From a candidate division WOR-3 bacterium (GTDB lineage Bacteria; Hydrothermota; Hydrothermia; B15-G9; WFZT01), in assembly GCA_027053075.1 (NCBI GenBank), contig JALUEE010000041.1:1-15823 (forward strand): 15,823 nt of DNA, given 5' to 3'. The notes under the pieces were generated by a model, which was given only the letters and a program-made list of their open reading frames with translations, was not told the origin of the DNA and searched no databases. This document shows, one piece after another, positions 8,251-15,823 of the stretch (positions are counted from its first letter, which is position 1; each line of letters opens with the position of its first letter). A program made the translations under genes and the position numbers.

Positions 8251-8279
8251 GGGGCGGCGGCCCAAAGGGCCGCCGCCCC
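8251..8279 (-). terminator. Intrinsic terminator of sucD, also a repeated palindrome
   Basis: Perfect 13-bp stem GGGGCGGCGGCCC-AAA-GGGCCGCCGCCCC followed by TTTTT on the minus strand, 29 nt past the stop; arms identical to 14017-14045. Confidence 0.75.
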
Positions 8280-8308
8280 CTAAAAATTACTTTCGCGCTC
8301 CCAAATAC

Positions 8309-9181
8309 TTACTTTCCTAATTTTTCCTTCATCAAAGTCGCAACCTCTGCAGGCTCGGCCGCAACTGGCACGCCAACCGCATTGAACGCCTTAATCTTTT
8401 CCTCTGCAGTTCCAGAGCTACCGGATATGATGGCTCCCGCATGCCCCATCCTCTTCTCAGGTGGAGCTGTACGTCCAGCAATAAATGCTACTACTGGCTT
8501 GTTGAATTCCTCTTTAATGTACTCTGCGGCATCCTGCTCATCAGTTCCGCCGATTTCACCTATTAGCACAACTCCCTCGGTCTCAGGATCGTCTTTAAAC
8601 AGTTTCAAAAGATCAATGAATTTAGAACCGATGATAGGGTCACCACCTATTCCAATGGCTGTGGACTGACCAAGGTCGTTCGCAGTTAGATGGCTCACTA
8701 TTTCATACGTTAGGGTTCCACTTCTAGAGATCACTCCAATAGGACCCCTCTTGAAAATCTGCCCGGGCAGAATTCCGAGTTTTGCCTCACCCGGTGTTAT
8801 CAGACCGGGACAGTTGGGGCCAATCAATCTTGTTCCCTTTTCCTCAAGGAATCTCACGACTCTCAGCATGTCGTTTACAGGTATTCCTTCTGTAATTGCA
8901 ACGACCAGCTCTATTCCCGCGTCGGCTGCTTCCATTATGGCATCTGCTGCAAATGGCGCAGGTACGAAAATAACAGAAGCGTTGGCACCGGTTTTATCAA
9001 CTGCTTCGTGGACTGTATTGAAAACGGGGACGCCTTCAACTGTCATTCCGCCCTTACCGGGAGTTACTCCCCCAACAACGTTTGTCCCATACTCTTTCAT
9101 TAATCTGGTATGGAAAGAACCGTCTCTACCGGTAATACCCTGCACTAATACCTTTGTGTCTTTTCCTACAAGTATTGACAT
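8309..9181 (-). CDS. sucD: Succinate-CoA ligase (ADP-forming) alpha subunit, 290 aa
   Basis: Canonical motifs [64 protein letters not shown] upstream. Confidence 0.95.
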   Translation of the reverse strand: MSILVGKDTKVLVQGITGRDGSFHTRLMKEYGTNVVGGVTPGKGGMTVEGVPVFNTVHEAVDKTGANASVIFVPAPFAADAIMEAADAGIELVVAITEGIPVNDMLRVVRFLEEKGTRLIGPNCPGLITPGEAKLGILPGQIFKRGPIGVISRSGTLTYEIVSHLTANDLGQSTAIGIGGDPIIGSKFIDLLKLFKDDPETEGVVLIGEIGGTDEQDAAEYIKEEFNKPVVAFIAGRTAPPEKRMGHAGAIISGSSGTAEEKIKAFNAVGVPVAAEPAEVATLMKEKLGK

Positions 9182-9208
9182 TTACTTCCTCCCAATGGAA
9201 TTTTGGAA

Positions 9209-9238
9209 ATTGTAATTCTCATCCATTCCAAGTGTCAA
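9209..9238 (-). promoter_or_regulatory. Sigma70-type promoter of sucD
   Basis: Minus strand TTGACA (9238-9233), 18-bp spacer, TACAAT (9214-9209). Confidence 0.6.
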
Positions 9239-9382
9239 GAAAATGTGGTATTTTGCCGGAGCCTAACAGGAACAAGTCAGAGGGTAAATTTCGACCCAAA
9301 AACCAACGCTACAAAGTAATTCTCAGGCAGTGTCATTGGTTTCTGGAAAAATTCATGAGGCCTGATTTATACTACTAAAACG

Positions 9383-11752
9383 ATGGAAATAGAGAAAATT
9401 TTTGGCGATAGATATTCAAAATCACCGGTGGAACTCATAGTTTATGAACGAGATGCGGGAATAGATGCTGGAAAGCCCGATGCCGTAGTGTACCCCATAA
9501 ATGAAGATGAAATAAGAAAGCTCGTTGAGATTGCACAAAAAGAGGGATTAAAACTCGTCGCTCGTACCTCAGGGACGAGTCTGTCCGGAGGCCCGGTTCC
9601 ATACCAGGGAGGTATTGTAGTCAAATTCAGCAAAATGAACCACATCATCAGAACAGACTTCTTTGAGAAAAAGGCTGAGGTAGAGCCCGGTGTCATAAAT
9701 CTGGAATTCAACGAGTTTTTAAACGATAAAGGATACTTCTTCCCACCTGACCCGGCGAGTCAGAAAGCGTCTGCCCTTGGTGGCAATGTTGCCGAGAATG
9801 CAGGGGGTCCCCTTTGCTTCAAATACGGTGTGACAAGTCACTATGTTTATGGCATAACAGCAGTTTTCCCGGATGGTAAGATTTACAAACTTGGAGGCGA
9901 CACCCCTGAGGCTCCGGGCTACGACCTTGTCGGGTTTTTAACAGGCTCCGAGGGCACTCTTGCAATATTCACTAAATTCATCCTGAAGTTTAATAAACAG
10001 TTTCCTGCAAGGGGTACGTTGCTTGCCATTTTTGACGACCTCGGTGATGCGGCAAGAGGGGTTTCCATGATAATTGCCCGTGGACTCAAGCCTGCAACTC
10101 TCGAGCTCATGGATAAAAATATGATAAGGATTGTCGAAGATTACGTGAAAATTGGCCTTCCTACTGACGCAGATGCCATCCTGATCATTGATGTTGAAGG
10201 GTACGAGCCAAGCATAGAGCCCCAGGCAAAGAGATTGATGGAGACTCTTAAAGAGGCGGGCGCAAGGGAACTCAAATTTGCGGTAGACCCGGATGAAAGG
10301 GCATCCATCTGGCTTGCAAGGAAGAGCGCCGCTGGTGCGATTTCAAGGCTTAAACCTTTCCACTACATTGTGGATGTAGTGGTCCCAAGGAGCAAATTGC
10401 CGGTTCTTATCAAAAAGGCCCGTGAAATTGTGGAATCCTATGGTTTGACTGCTGGCACCCTTGCCCATGCAGGAGACGGTAACCTGCATCCAGAGATAAT
10501 GCTTGATCTTGATGAAGAGCAGATAAAAAACGCCATCAGTGCCGCAAAAGAAATAGCACAGCTCTGTATCAACGAAGATGGAACTATCACCGGCGAGCAT
10601 GGAGTTGGCCTTGAGAAAAAAGAGTACATGAACATCATGTTCACCAACGAAGAGATGGAGACCATGCTGACCCTCAAAAAGGCGCTCGACCCTCAAAACA
10701 TGATGAATCCCGGAAAAATATTCCCTGAAAAATTTGAAGGCAGGAAGAGAAACTTCCCGGATTACGTTATGGAGATTTCCTCCAGGGTCAGGTCGGCCGA
10801 AAAAATTCAGCCTATGGGAAATTCTACCCGGGCCAAACCATTGATTTCTAATACCCTTAGCGTGGGGGAATATAGCGGCGTGGTTGAATTTCTGCCAGAA
10901 GACCTCATGCTTGTTGTGAAGGCAGGAACTCCTGTGGATGAAATTCGAAAATTTGCCGAAGAGAATGGATTGTATTTTCCCCATTCAGCTCTTTCACCCA
11001 ATTCGACCATCGGGGGGAGTATAGCATTCAACTTGAATAGTCCGGAATCCATGAAATATGGAGTTCTTAAAAATCGGGTGCTTGGCGCCACAGTCATCAA
11101 GCCGGATGGAACACCACTCAGGTTTGGAGCAAAGGTGATCAAGAACGTAGCAGGCTATGACGTAACAAAGCTATTTTTCGGATCTCTTGGGACACTTGGT
11201 GTGATTGCTGATGTTATTCTAAAGCTTGAACCAAGGCCGCAGGTAAGGCGACATTTTGAAGTGAAGACCACAAATATTGACAGATTGCGTGAGATTCTGG
11301 ATGCCATTCATCAGAACTCACTTCTTCTTTCCAGTCTAATCATCTCTAAAAATGGAGATTACAGACTGAATCTAACCCTCGAAGGGCATGAGGAAGATTT
11401 TAAAGAGGAGATTAAAATTTTACCACAAGAACTGGAAGAGACCACTGCTGACCCACTTGAAATCTGGAAGAATTCGCTTCCCAAAAGATACAAGATAGGC
11501 CTGTCTCTTAAGGCTATTTACACTAATCTGGACATTTTACTCGATGGCGGCATTATAGACTGGGGAACTCAGGCCGTTTACACAGACCATCTTTATGAAA
11601 GATATGCCCAGCTTGTCGAATTTGGTGATGGTTATGCAATGGATATGGAGAATTTAAAACTGCTCGCGCCTGAGTTGAAAAGCCTTGAGCTTATGAGGAA
11701 AATCAAGGCCGCTCTGGACCCTGAAGGAAAATTCCCCGAACTTCCGTTATGA
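9383..11752 (+). CDS. FAD-linked 2-hydroxyacid oxidase/dehydrogenase, GlcD-GlcE fusion, 789 aa
   Basis: GlcD-like half: SGTSLSGG, FPPDPAS, GGNVAENAGG, KYGVT, GSEGTL, AHAGDGNLHP, GEHGVG, LDPQNMMNPGKIF. GlcE-like half: VVKAGTP, STIGG, KVIKNVAGYDVTKLFFGSLGTLGVI, KAALDPEG. Confidence 0.85.
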   Translation: MEIEKIFGDRYSKSPVELIVYERDAGIDAGKPDAVVYPINEDEIRKLVEIAQKEGLKLVARTSGTSLSGGPVPYQGGIVVKFSKMNHIIRTDFFEKKAEVEPGVINLEFNEFLNDKGYFFPPDPASQKASALGGNVAENAGGPLCFKYGVTSHYVYGITAVFPDGKIYKLGGDTPEAPGYDLVGFLTGSEGTLAIFTKFILKFNKQFPARGTLLAIFDDLGDAARGVSMIIARGLKPATLELMDKNMIRIVEDYVKIGLPTDADAILIIDVEGYEPSIEPQAKRLMETLKEAGARELKFAVDPDERASIWLARKSAAGAISRLKPFHYIVDVVVPRSKLPVLIKKAREIVESYGLTAGTLAHAGDGNLHPEIMLDLDEEQIKNAISAAKEIAQLCINEDGTITGEHGVGLEKKEYMNIMFTNEEMETMLTLKKALDPQNMMNPGKIFPEKFEGRKRNFPDYVMEISSRVRSAEKIQPMGNSTRAKPLISNTLSVGEYSGVVEFLPEDLMLVVKAGTPVDEIRKFAEENGLYFPHSALSPNSTIGGSIAFNLNSPESMKYGVLKNRVLGATVIKPDGTPLRFGAKVIKNVAGYDVTKLFFGSLGTLGVIADVILKLEPRPQVRRHFEVKTTNIDRLREILDAIHQNSLLLSSLIISKNGDYRLNLTLEGHEEDFKEEIKILPQELEETTADPLEIWKNSLPKRYKIGLSLKAIYTNLDILLDGGIIDWGTQAVYTDHLYERYAQLVEFGDGYAMDMENLKLLAPELKSLELMRKIKAALDPEGKFPELPL

Positions 11753-12657
11753 AAATTCCCGTCATTTTTGGTCCAACTGCCTCCGGTAAAACCAGGCTGG
11801 CAAGGGTCCTTCTTGAAGAAGTTCCGGATATCCAGTTTATAGTCGCCGATTCGAGGAAGATATACAGATATATGGACATCGGGACGAATAAACCACCGGC
11901 CGAAATCAGAGATAAATTTTCTCTTGTGGACATCAGAAACCCTGATGAATACTTCAGCGCTGCAGATTTTGCAAAAGAGGCTGAAGTAGAAATCAAGAGA
12001 ATTCTCAATGCTGGTGGAAAACCTGTAATCATCGGTGGTACTGTCTTATACCTCAAGGCCCTCTTTGAAGGTCTTTTTGAGGCCCCGCCTATAAGTCAGG
12101 AGATCAGGCGTCAGCTGAGAGAAAGACTGAGGAATGAGGGGATCAAGCACCTTTATGAGGAGCTACGCAGGATTGACCCGGAAAGCGCGAAGAGGATACA
12201 CCCTAACGACTGGTTTCGCATCCTGAGGGCCCTTGAAGTCTACTATGAAACAGGGCAAACAATGTCCAGTATGCAGAAAAGGACTGAACCTCCTGCCCAT
12301 GAGTTTGAGCCTATGTATTTTGGACTTTACCACAGTCGAGAGAATCTATACCGGAGGATAAATGAGAGGTTTGACAGGATGATGGAAGCTGGATTTCTTG
12401 ACGAGGTAAAAAGATTGCTCGCCATGGGATATTCTCCCGATCTTCCAGCACTCAATACCATAGGTTACAAAGAGTTAATCCAGTATCTTCTGGGAGAAAT
12501 TTCTTTTGAAAGGGCGATTCTTGTGGCAAAAAGGCGAACGAGAATACTTGCGAGAAGGCAGATTTATTTCTCAAGGAGCCTCAAAGTGCACGTAAAATGG
12601 GTGTCGGTTGAAGAGGGGGATGAAAGGATCAAAAGCCTGGTTTTAAGCCATATATGA
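11749..12657 (+). CDS. miaA: tRNA (adenosine(37)-N6)-dimethylallyltransferase
   Basis: P-loop GPTASGKT, DSRKIYRYMDIGTNKP, GGTVLY, IHPND..RILRALEV, IGYKE, ARRQ; ATGA overlap with the upstream stop. Confidence 0.95.
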   Translation: MKIPVIFGPTASGKTRLARVLLEEVPDIQFIVADSRKIYRYMDIGTNKPPAEIRDKFSLVDIRNPDEYFSAADFAKEAEVEIKRILNAGGKPVIIGGTVLYLKALFEGLFEAPPISQEIRRQLRERLRNEGIKHLYEELRRIDPESAKRIHPNDWFRILRALEVYYETGQTMSSMQKRTEPPAHEFEPMYFGLYHSRENLYRRINERFDRMMEAGFLDEVKRLLAMGYSPDLPALNTIGYKELIQYLLGEISFERAILVAKRRTRILARRQIYFSRSLKVHVKWVSVEEGDERIKSLVLSHI

Positions 12658-12741
12658 ACAAAAACCGAGAGTATGTTCGAGGATTTTGCCATATGGTGAG
12701 CGAAGAAATGGATAAGTTCGGAATATTGCTGAATACCCATT

Positions 12742-12777
12742 CCACCCCAGCCCTCCCTTCCCAAAGGGAAGGGAGGG
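12742..12777. repeat. Solo palindromic unit related to the doublet-element arms
   Basis: CCACCCCAG tail followed by perfect 12-bp stem CCCTCCCTTCCC-AAA-GGGAAGGGAGGG (12751-12777); same tail-plus-hairpin layout as 7701-7742. Confidence 0.7.
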
Positions 12778-12996
12778 AGTTATCTTTCCGCTTAACTCAG
12801 AAAAGCAAGGTTGGAACTTTAGACAGAAAGTTAAGGACTTTCCCGGGGAAGAAGGGCTTATGGGAGAATGGGGGAAGAATGAAATTGGAATGCTTGAGCT
12901 CTATTATCCTCCATACCTCATGCGTATGGGAAATTATTTTCGGGCAATATATTGGATTGGGTATGAGTTTGAAAAATTGTGTACTTAACTATAAAC

Positions 12997-13884
12997 ATGG
13001 ATAGCCTGATTGATGATTATATAACATTTCTTCTGCTTGAGCGTGGCTTAAGCCAGAAGACCGTGGAAGCATACCGGGAAGACCTCAAGAAATTTTCCCG
13101 TTTTGTTAAGGAAAATCGTTTAAAGATTGAAGAGATTGATATCAAAGACCTGAACAAGTTCTTAGAGGAGCTTGAGAAGGCAGGATACAGCCCGTCAACA
13201 AGATCACGGATTGTTTCAGGGATTAGAGGATTTTTTATCTTTTTGAATACCGAGAAGGGGTTACCTGCCAATCCCGCAGAGCTTCTTGAGATACCGAAGA
13301 AGGCGAGAAGACTCCCGGAGGTGCTGAGTGAGGAGGAGGTGGAAAAACTTCTCATGGCACCAGATGTGGGAACCCCAAAGGGTCTGCGTGATAGAGCAAT
13401 TCTTGAGATGCTCTATGCAACGGGTATGCGAGTGTCTGAACTCTCGGGACTGAAGATGGGAAATCTCGACCTTGATGAGAGATTTGTGAAGGTTAGTGGA
13501 AAGGGCTCAAAGGAGAGGTTTATCCCTTTCGGAGAGGTCGCACGTGATTGGCTTATAAAGTATCTGGTAGAAGTGAGACCCAGACTCGATAAAAAGAAAA
13601 CGGATTTTGTGTTTCTGAATCTTCGAGATGGTGGTCCTATCTCACGGGTGAGTATCTGGAGGCTCATCAAGTTTTATGGTCTCAATGCGGGAATTCCTCG
13701 TGAAAGGCTTTATCCGCACATACTGAGGCACTCTTTTGCCACTCACCTATTGAGGAACGGCTGTGACCTCAGGACGCTGCAACTCATGCTTGGACATGCA
13801 TCTATAGCCACAACGCAGGTTTACACCCATCTCGATATAAGATATCTTAAAGAGGCCCATCGCAGGTACCATCCAAGAGCGTAG
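12997..13884 (+). CDS. xerD: Site-specific tyrosine recombinase XerD, about 295 aa
   Basis: ERGLS..TVEAY..DL N-terminus, LRDRAILEMLYATGMRVSEL, GKGSKER, HILRHSFATHLL, LGHASIATTQVYTH, C-terminal HPRA; ATG 12997 preferred over GTG 12979. Confidence 0.9.
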   Translation: MDSLIDDYITFLLLERGLSQKTVEAYREDLKKFSRFVKENRLKIEEIDIKDLNKFLEELEKAGYSPSTRSRIVSGIRGFFIFLNTEKGLPANPAELLEIPKKARRLPEVLSEEEVEKLLMAPDVGTPKGLRDRAILEMLYATGMRVSELSGLKMGNLDLDERFVKVSGKGSKERFIPFGEVARDWLIKYLVEVRPRLDKKKTDFVFLNLRDGGPISRVSIWRLIKFYGLNAGIPRERLYPHILRHSFATHLLRNGCDLRTLQLMLGHASIATTQVYTHLDIRYLKEAHRRYHPRA

Positions 13885-14013
13885 GGTGGGGGTGATGTTG
13901 GAAATATGTGGACTTTAGCTTGTTGAAAGGATTTTTTTCAAATCATTTAGGGATAAACTTCACCGTGCACCTTGGAAAGTGGTTAGAAATTTGAGAGGTG
14001 TGATAATGGAATT

Positions 14014-14048
14014 TGTGGGGCGGCGGCCCGAAGGGCCGCCGCCCCACA
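14014..14048. repeat. GC-rich perfect palindrome between convergent xerD and the binding-protein gene, possible terminator or RNA stabiliser
   Basis: 16-bp perfect stem TGTGGGGCGGCGGCCC-GAA-GGGCCGCCGCCCCACA; inner 13-bp arms identical to 8251-8279; no clear U-tract. Confidence 0.75.
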
Positions 14049-14064
14049 CACTTTCTAATAAGCC

Positions 14065-15171
14065 TTACTCTGGCTGCACCGTTTCCACATACACAAACTT
14101 TCCGTTTTCCACCTTCAGAATCACCGCGGGTTTTATTCCGTCTCCATGCTCAATGGTGATAACTCCAGTCACACCCTCGAAGTTTTTCGTATTCTCAATC
14201 TCATCCCTGACCTTCTCACGGTCAAAGGTTCCTGCCCTTTCGATGGCGTCAAGCAGGATGTTGTAAGCATCATAGGATAGAGCGGAAACGGAATCTGGTG
14301 ATTTTTTGTATTTCTTGTGGAATTCTTTCACAAATTTCTTACCAACCTCGGTCGTTACTCCGTTCTCATCAAAATGTGTGGTAAAATAGAGGCCGTTCAC
14401 GGCTTTTCCACCGATTTTAATCAACTCCTCAGCCTGCGCAGCATCACCACTCATGAACGTTTGCTTAAGACCAAGGTCCCTCGCCTGTCTCATAATTAGA
14501 GCATCTTCAGTGAAGTAACCAGGGACATAGATGAGGTCTGGATTAACAGCTTTTATCGAGGAAAGCTGTGCGGTAAAGTCCTGGTCACCGGTCTGATAGT
14601 AAGTTGTGGAAACAATTTTTCCTCCCATTTTTGTGAAATTTTGTATGAAAAAGTTGGCAATCCCAACGCAGTAGTCCTGAGCGATATCGATCATCACAGC
14701 GGCGGTTTTGGCATGGAGCTTATCTATTGCAAACTTTGCTGCGACCTTACCCTGGAAGGGATCAATGAAGCAAGCCCTGAAGATATACCTCCTGTTTTGA
14801 GTCACAATGGGGTTGGTAGCCCATGGGCTGATGAGAGGAACATGGGCGTTTTCTGCGATTGGCGCGGCAGACAGGGTGTTTGAACTTGAAATGGGCCCGA
14901 TGATGGCGAAAACACCGTCCTTTTTAATAAGCCTCTGAGTTGCATTCGCAGCCTCAATTTTGTCAGATTTGTTATCCACAAGAACGAGCTCAACCTTTTT
15001 ACCGAGAACTTTTGGCCTTTCCTGATTTGCAAGTTTGAGACCAAGCCATCCCATCTGACCGTACGGAGCATTAGGACCTGTTATGGGGAGATTTACACCG
15101 ATTTTTACGACCTGTGCTGAGGAGACCCCCAGCGTCAGGGCGAGGGCCAGTACATATTTTGAGAGCTTCAT
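14065..15171 (-). CDS. Branched-chain amino acid-type ABC transporter substrate-binding protein (LivK/LivJ family), 368 aa
   Basis: Signal peptide MKLSKYVLALALTLGVSSA, VKIGVNLPITGPNAPYG, FRACFIDPFQG, DFTAQL, YDAY, FEGVTGVI; SD AGGAGGT at 15179-15185. Confidence 0.92.
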   Translation of the reverse strand: MKLSKYVLALALTLGVSSAQVVKIGVNLPITGPNAPYGQMGWLGLKLANQERPKVLGKKVELVLVDNKSDKIEAANATQRLIKKDGVFAIIGPISSSNTLSAAPIAENAHVPLISPWATNPIVTQNRRYIFRACFIDPFQGKVAAKFAIDKLHAKTAAVMIDIAQDYCVGIANFFIQNFTKMGGKIVSTTYYQTGDQDFTAQLSSIKAVNPDLIYVPGYFTEDALIMRQARDLGLKQTFMSGDAAQAEELIKIGGKAVNGLYFTTHFDENGVTTEVGKKFVKEFHKKYKKSPDSVSALSYDAYNILLDAIERAGTFDREKVRDEIENTKNFEGVTGVITIEHGDGIKPAVILKVENGKFVYVETVQPE

Positions 15172-15199
15172 GCTACAAACCTCCTGTTTAATATGACCT

Positions 15200-15205
15200 A
15201 TTATA
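15200..15205 (-). promoter_or_regulatory. -10 element of the binding-protein gene promoter
   Basis: Minus-strand TATAAT about 30 nt upstream of the ATG; -35 region weak. Confidence 0.4.
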
Positions 15206-15248
15206 CATAAAAATGGCTATTTTGAAAAGTTTTTCCACGGATTCTCAG

Positions 15249-15277
15249 TTGACAAAGGAATGCGCTTATTTTAAGAT
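15249..15277 (+). promoter_or_regulatory. Sigma70-type promoter of the MarR gene
   Basis: TTGACA (15249-15254), 17-bp spacer, TAAGAT (15272-15277), 10 nt before ATG 15288. Confidence 0.7.
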
Positions 15278-15287
15278 TAGGGCACTT

Positions 15288-15728
15288 ATGAATACAAACA
15301 GCGATGCCGAAAAAATAGAGCAACTCCTGAGGGTACTGGCTTACACCATCAAGAGGAAAGGGAGGAGTGCTCTCAAAGACTTTGGTATTACAACGCCACA
15401 GTTTGATCTCATGGTAAAAATTTATTTCAATGGCGACATGACCCAGGGAAAACTCACACAGGAACTCCATCTGGCGAAAAGTACGGTCTCCGGCCTGCTC
15501 GATAGACTCGAGAGTAAAAACTTTATCAAGCGCGAGAAGGATATCAATGACAAGAGGAACGTCATTATTTCGCTCACGAACAAAGGAAATGCGGTGATTG
15601 AGAGAGTGATAGAGGAGCGTGTTAAATTTTTGAGGAAGTTGATCAAGGACTTTGATGAGAGGGAGGTCCACACCCTTATCAATTCCCTGGAAAAATTGGT
15701 CTCTGCATCAGAGAATTTAAGTAAATAA
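15288..15728 (+). CDS. MarR-family transcriptional regulator, about 146 aa
   Basis: GITTPQF, LAKSTVSGLLDRLESKNFIKR, DKRNVIISLTNKG winged-helix signature; start moved to ATG 15288 because the promoter lies inside the longer ORF from 15213. Confidence 0.92.
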   Translation: MNTNSDAEKIEQLLRVLAYTIKRKGRSALKDFGITTPQFDLMVKIYFNGDMTQGKLTQELHLAKSTVSGLLDRLESKNFIKREKDINDKRNVIISLTNKGNAVIERVIEERVKFLRKLIKDFDEREVHTLINSLEKLVSASENLSK

Positions 15729-15766
15729 AATCCTTCCTTTCCTGAAAAACTCAAGGAAAAATTGGG

Positions 15767-15817
15767 TTGACACTCTTTTGAGGCGTGATTAATAATAAAG
15801 CACTAAAAATTAGGAGG
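15767..15817 (+). promoter_or_regulatory. Promoter and SD for the next gene beyond the window
   Basis: TTGACA (15767-15772), TAATAAT at 15790-15796 (17-18 bp spacer), AGGAGG at 15812-15817. Confidence 0.6.
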
Positions 15818-15823
15818 ACATAG

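Noticed and set aside
7564..8308. CRISPR array, tRNA or protein-coding gene in the long intergenic region
   Set aside because: No regularly spaced identical repeats, no cloverleaf or T-loop motif, and no ORF of 60 aa or more in the track.
10343..10984. 213-aa antisense ORF, and the other short shadow ORFs inside nifJ, the ligase genes, sucD, xerD and the binding-protein gene
   Set aside because: They lie within well-supported genes on the opposite strand or another frame and have no motifs.
12654..13004. 116-aa ORF between miaA and xerD
   Set aside because: No recognisable motif, atypical composition, reads through the palindromic repeat (TPALPSQREG) and overlaps the xerD start; probably spurious despite the ATGA overlap with miaA.
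12997..13884. Tyrosine recombinase as a phage or island integrase
   Set aside because: Length and motifs match chromosomal XerD, the neighbours are housekeeping genes, and no att site, tRNA or cargo is visible.
15186..15211. dif-like site GTTTAATATGA-CCTA-TTATACATAAA near xerD
   Set aside because: The central spacer is 4 bp rather than the 6 bp required, and the sequence is explained by the -10 region of the binding-protein gene.
15201..15754. Antisense ORFs of 156 aa and 110 aa over the MarR gene
   Set aside because: Shadows of the motif-supported MarR CDS.

Overview
Housekeeping and central-metabolism region of a bacterium that is probably an anaerobic diderm (inferred from the PFOR, ferredoxin and Omp85-like genes). 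Gene order: single-chain pyruvate:ferredoxin oxidoreductase (nifJ/por, -); compact Omp85/POTRA-like outer-membrane protein (+); a three-gene operon (+) encoding an ADP-forming acyl-CoA ligase beta and alpha pair plus a 2[4Fe-4S] ferredoxin; a 745-bp repeat-rich intergenic region; a canonical sucD without a neighbouring sucC (-); a GlcD-GlcE fused FAD oxidoreductase coupled to miaA (+); xerD (+); a stand-alone LivK/LivJ-type binding protein (-); and a MarR regulator (+). Two things stand out. First, the ligase pair carries citryl-CoA synthetase/ATP-citrate-lyase-type motifs instead of succinyl-CoA synthetase motifs. Second, the intergenic DNA holds two families of palindromic repeats: a REPIN/MITE-like doublet of inverted hairpins around a conserved 43-44 bp spacer (3 copies plus a solo unit), and a GC-rich triloop hairpin repeated behind minus-strand genes. 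Several genes look leaderless, and there are candidate operators at nifJ and marR. All assignments come from reading motifs by eye; no searches were run.
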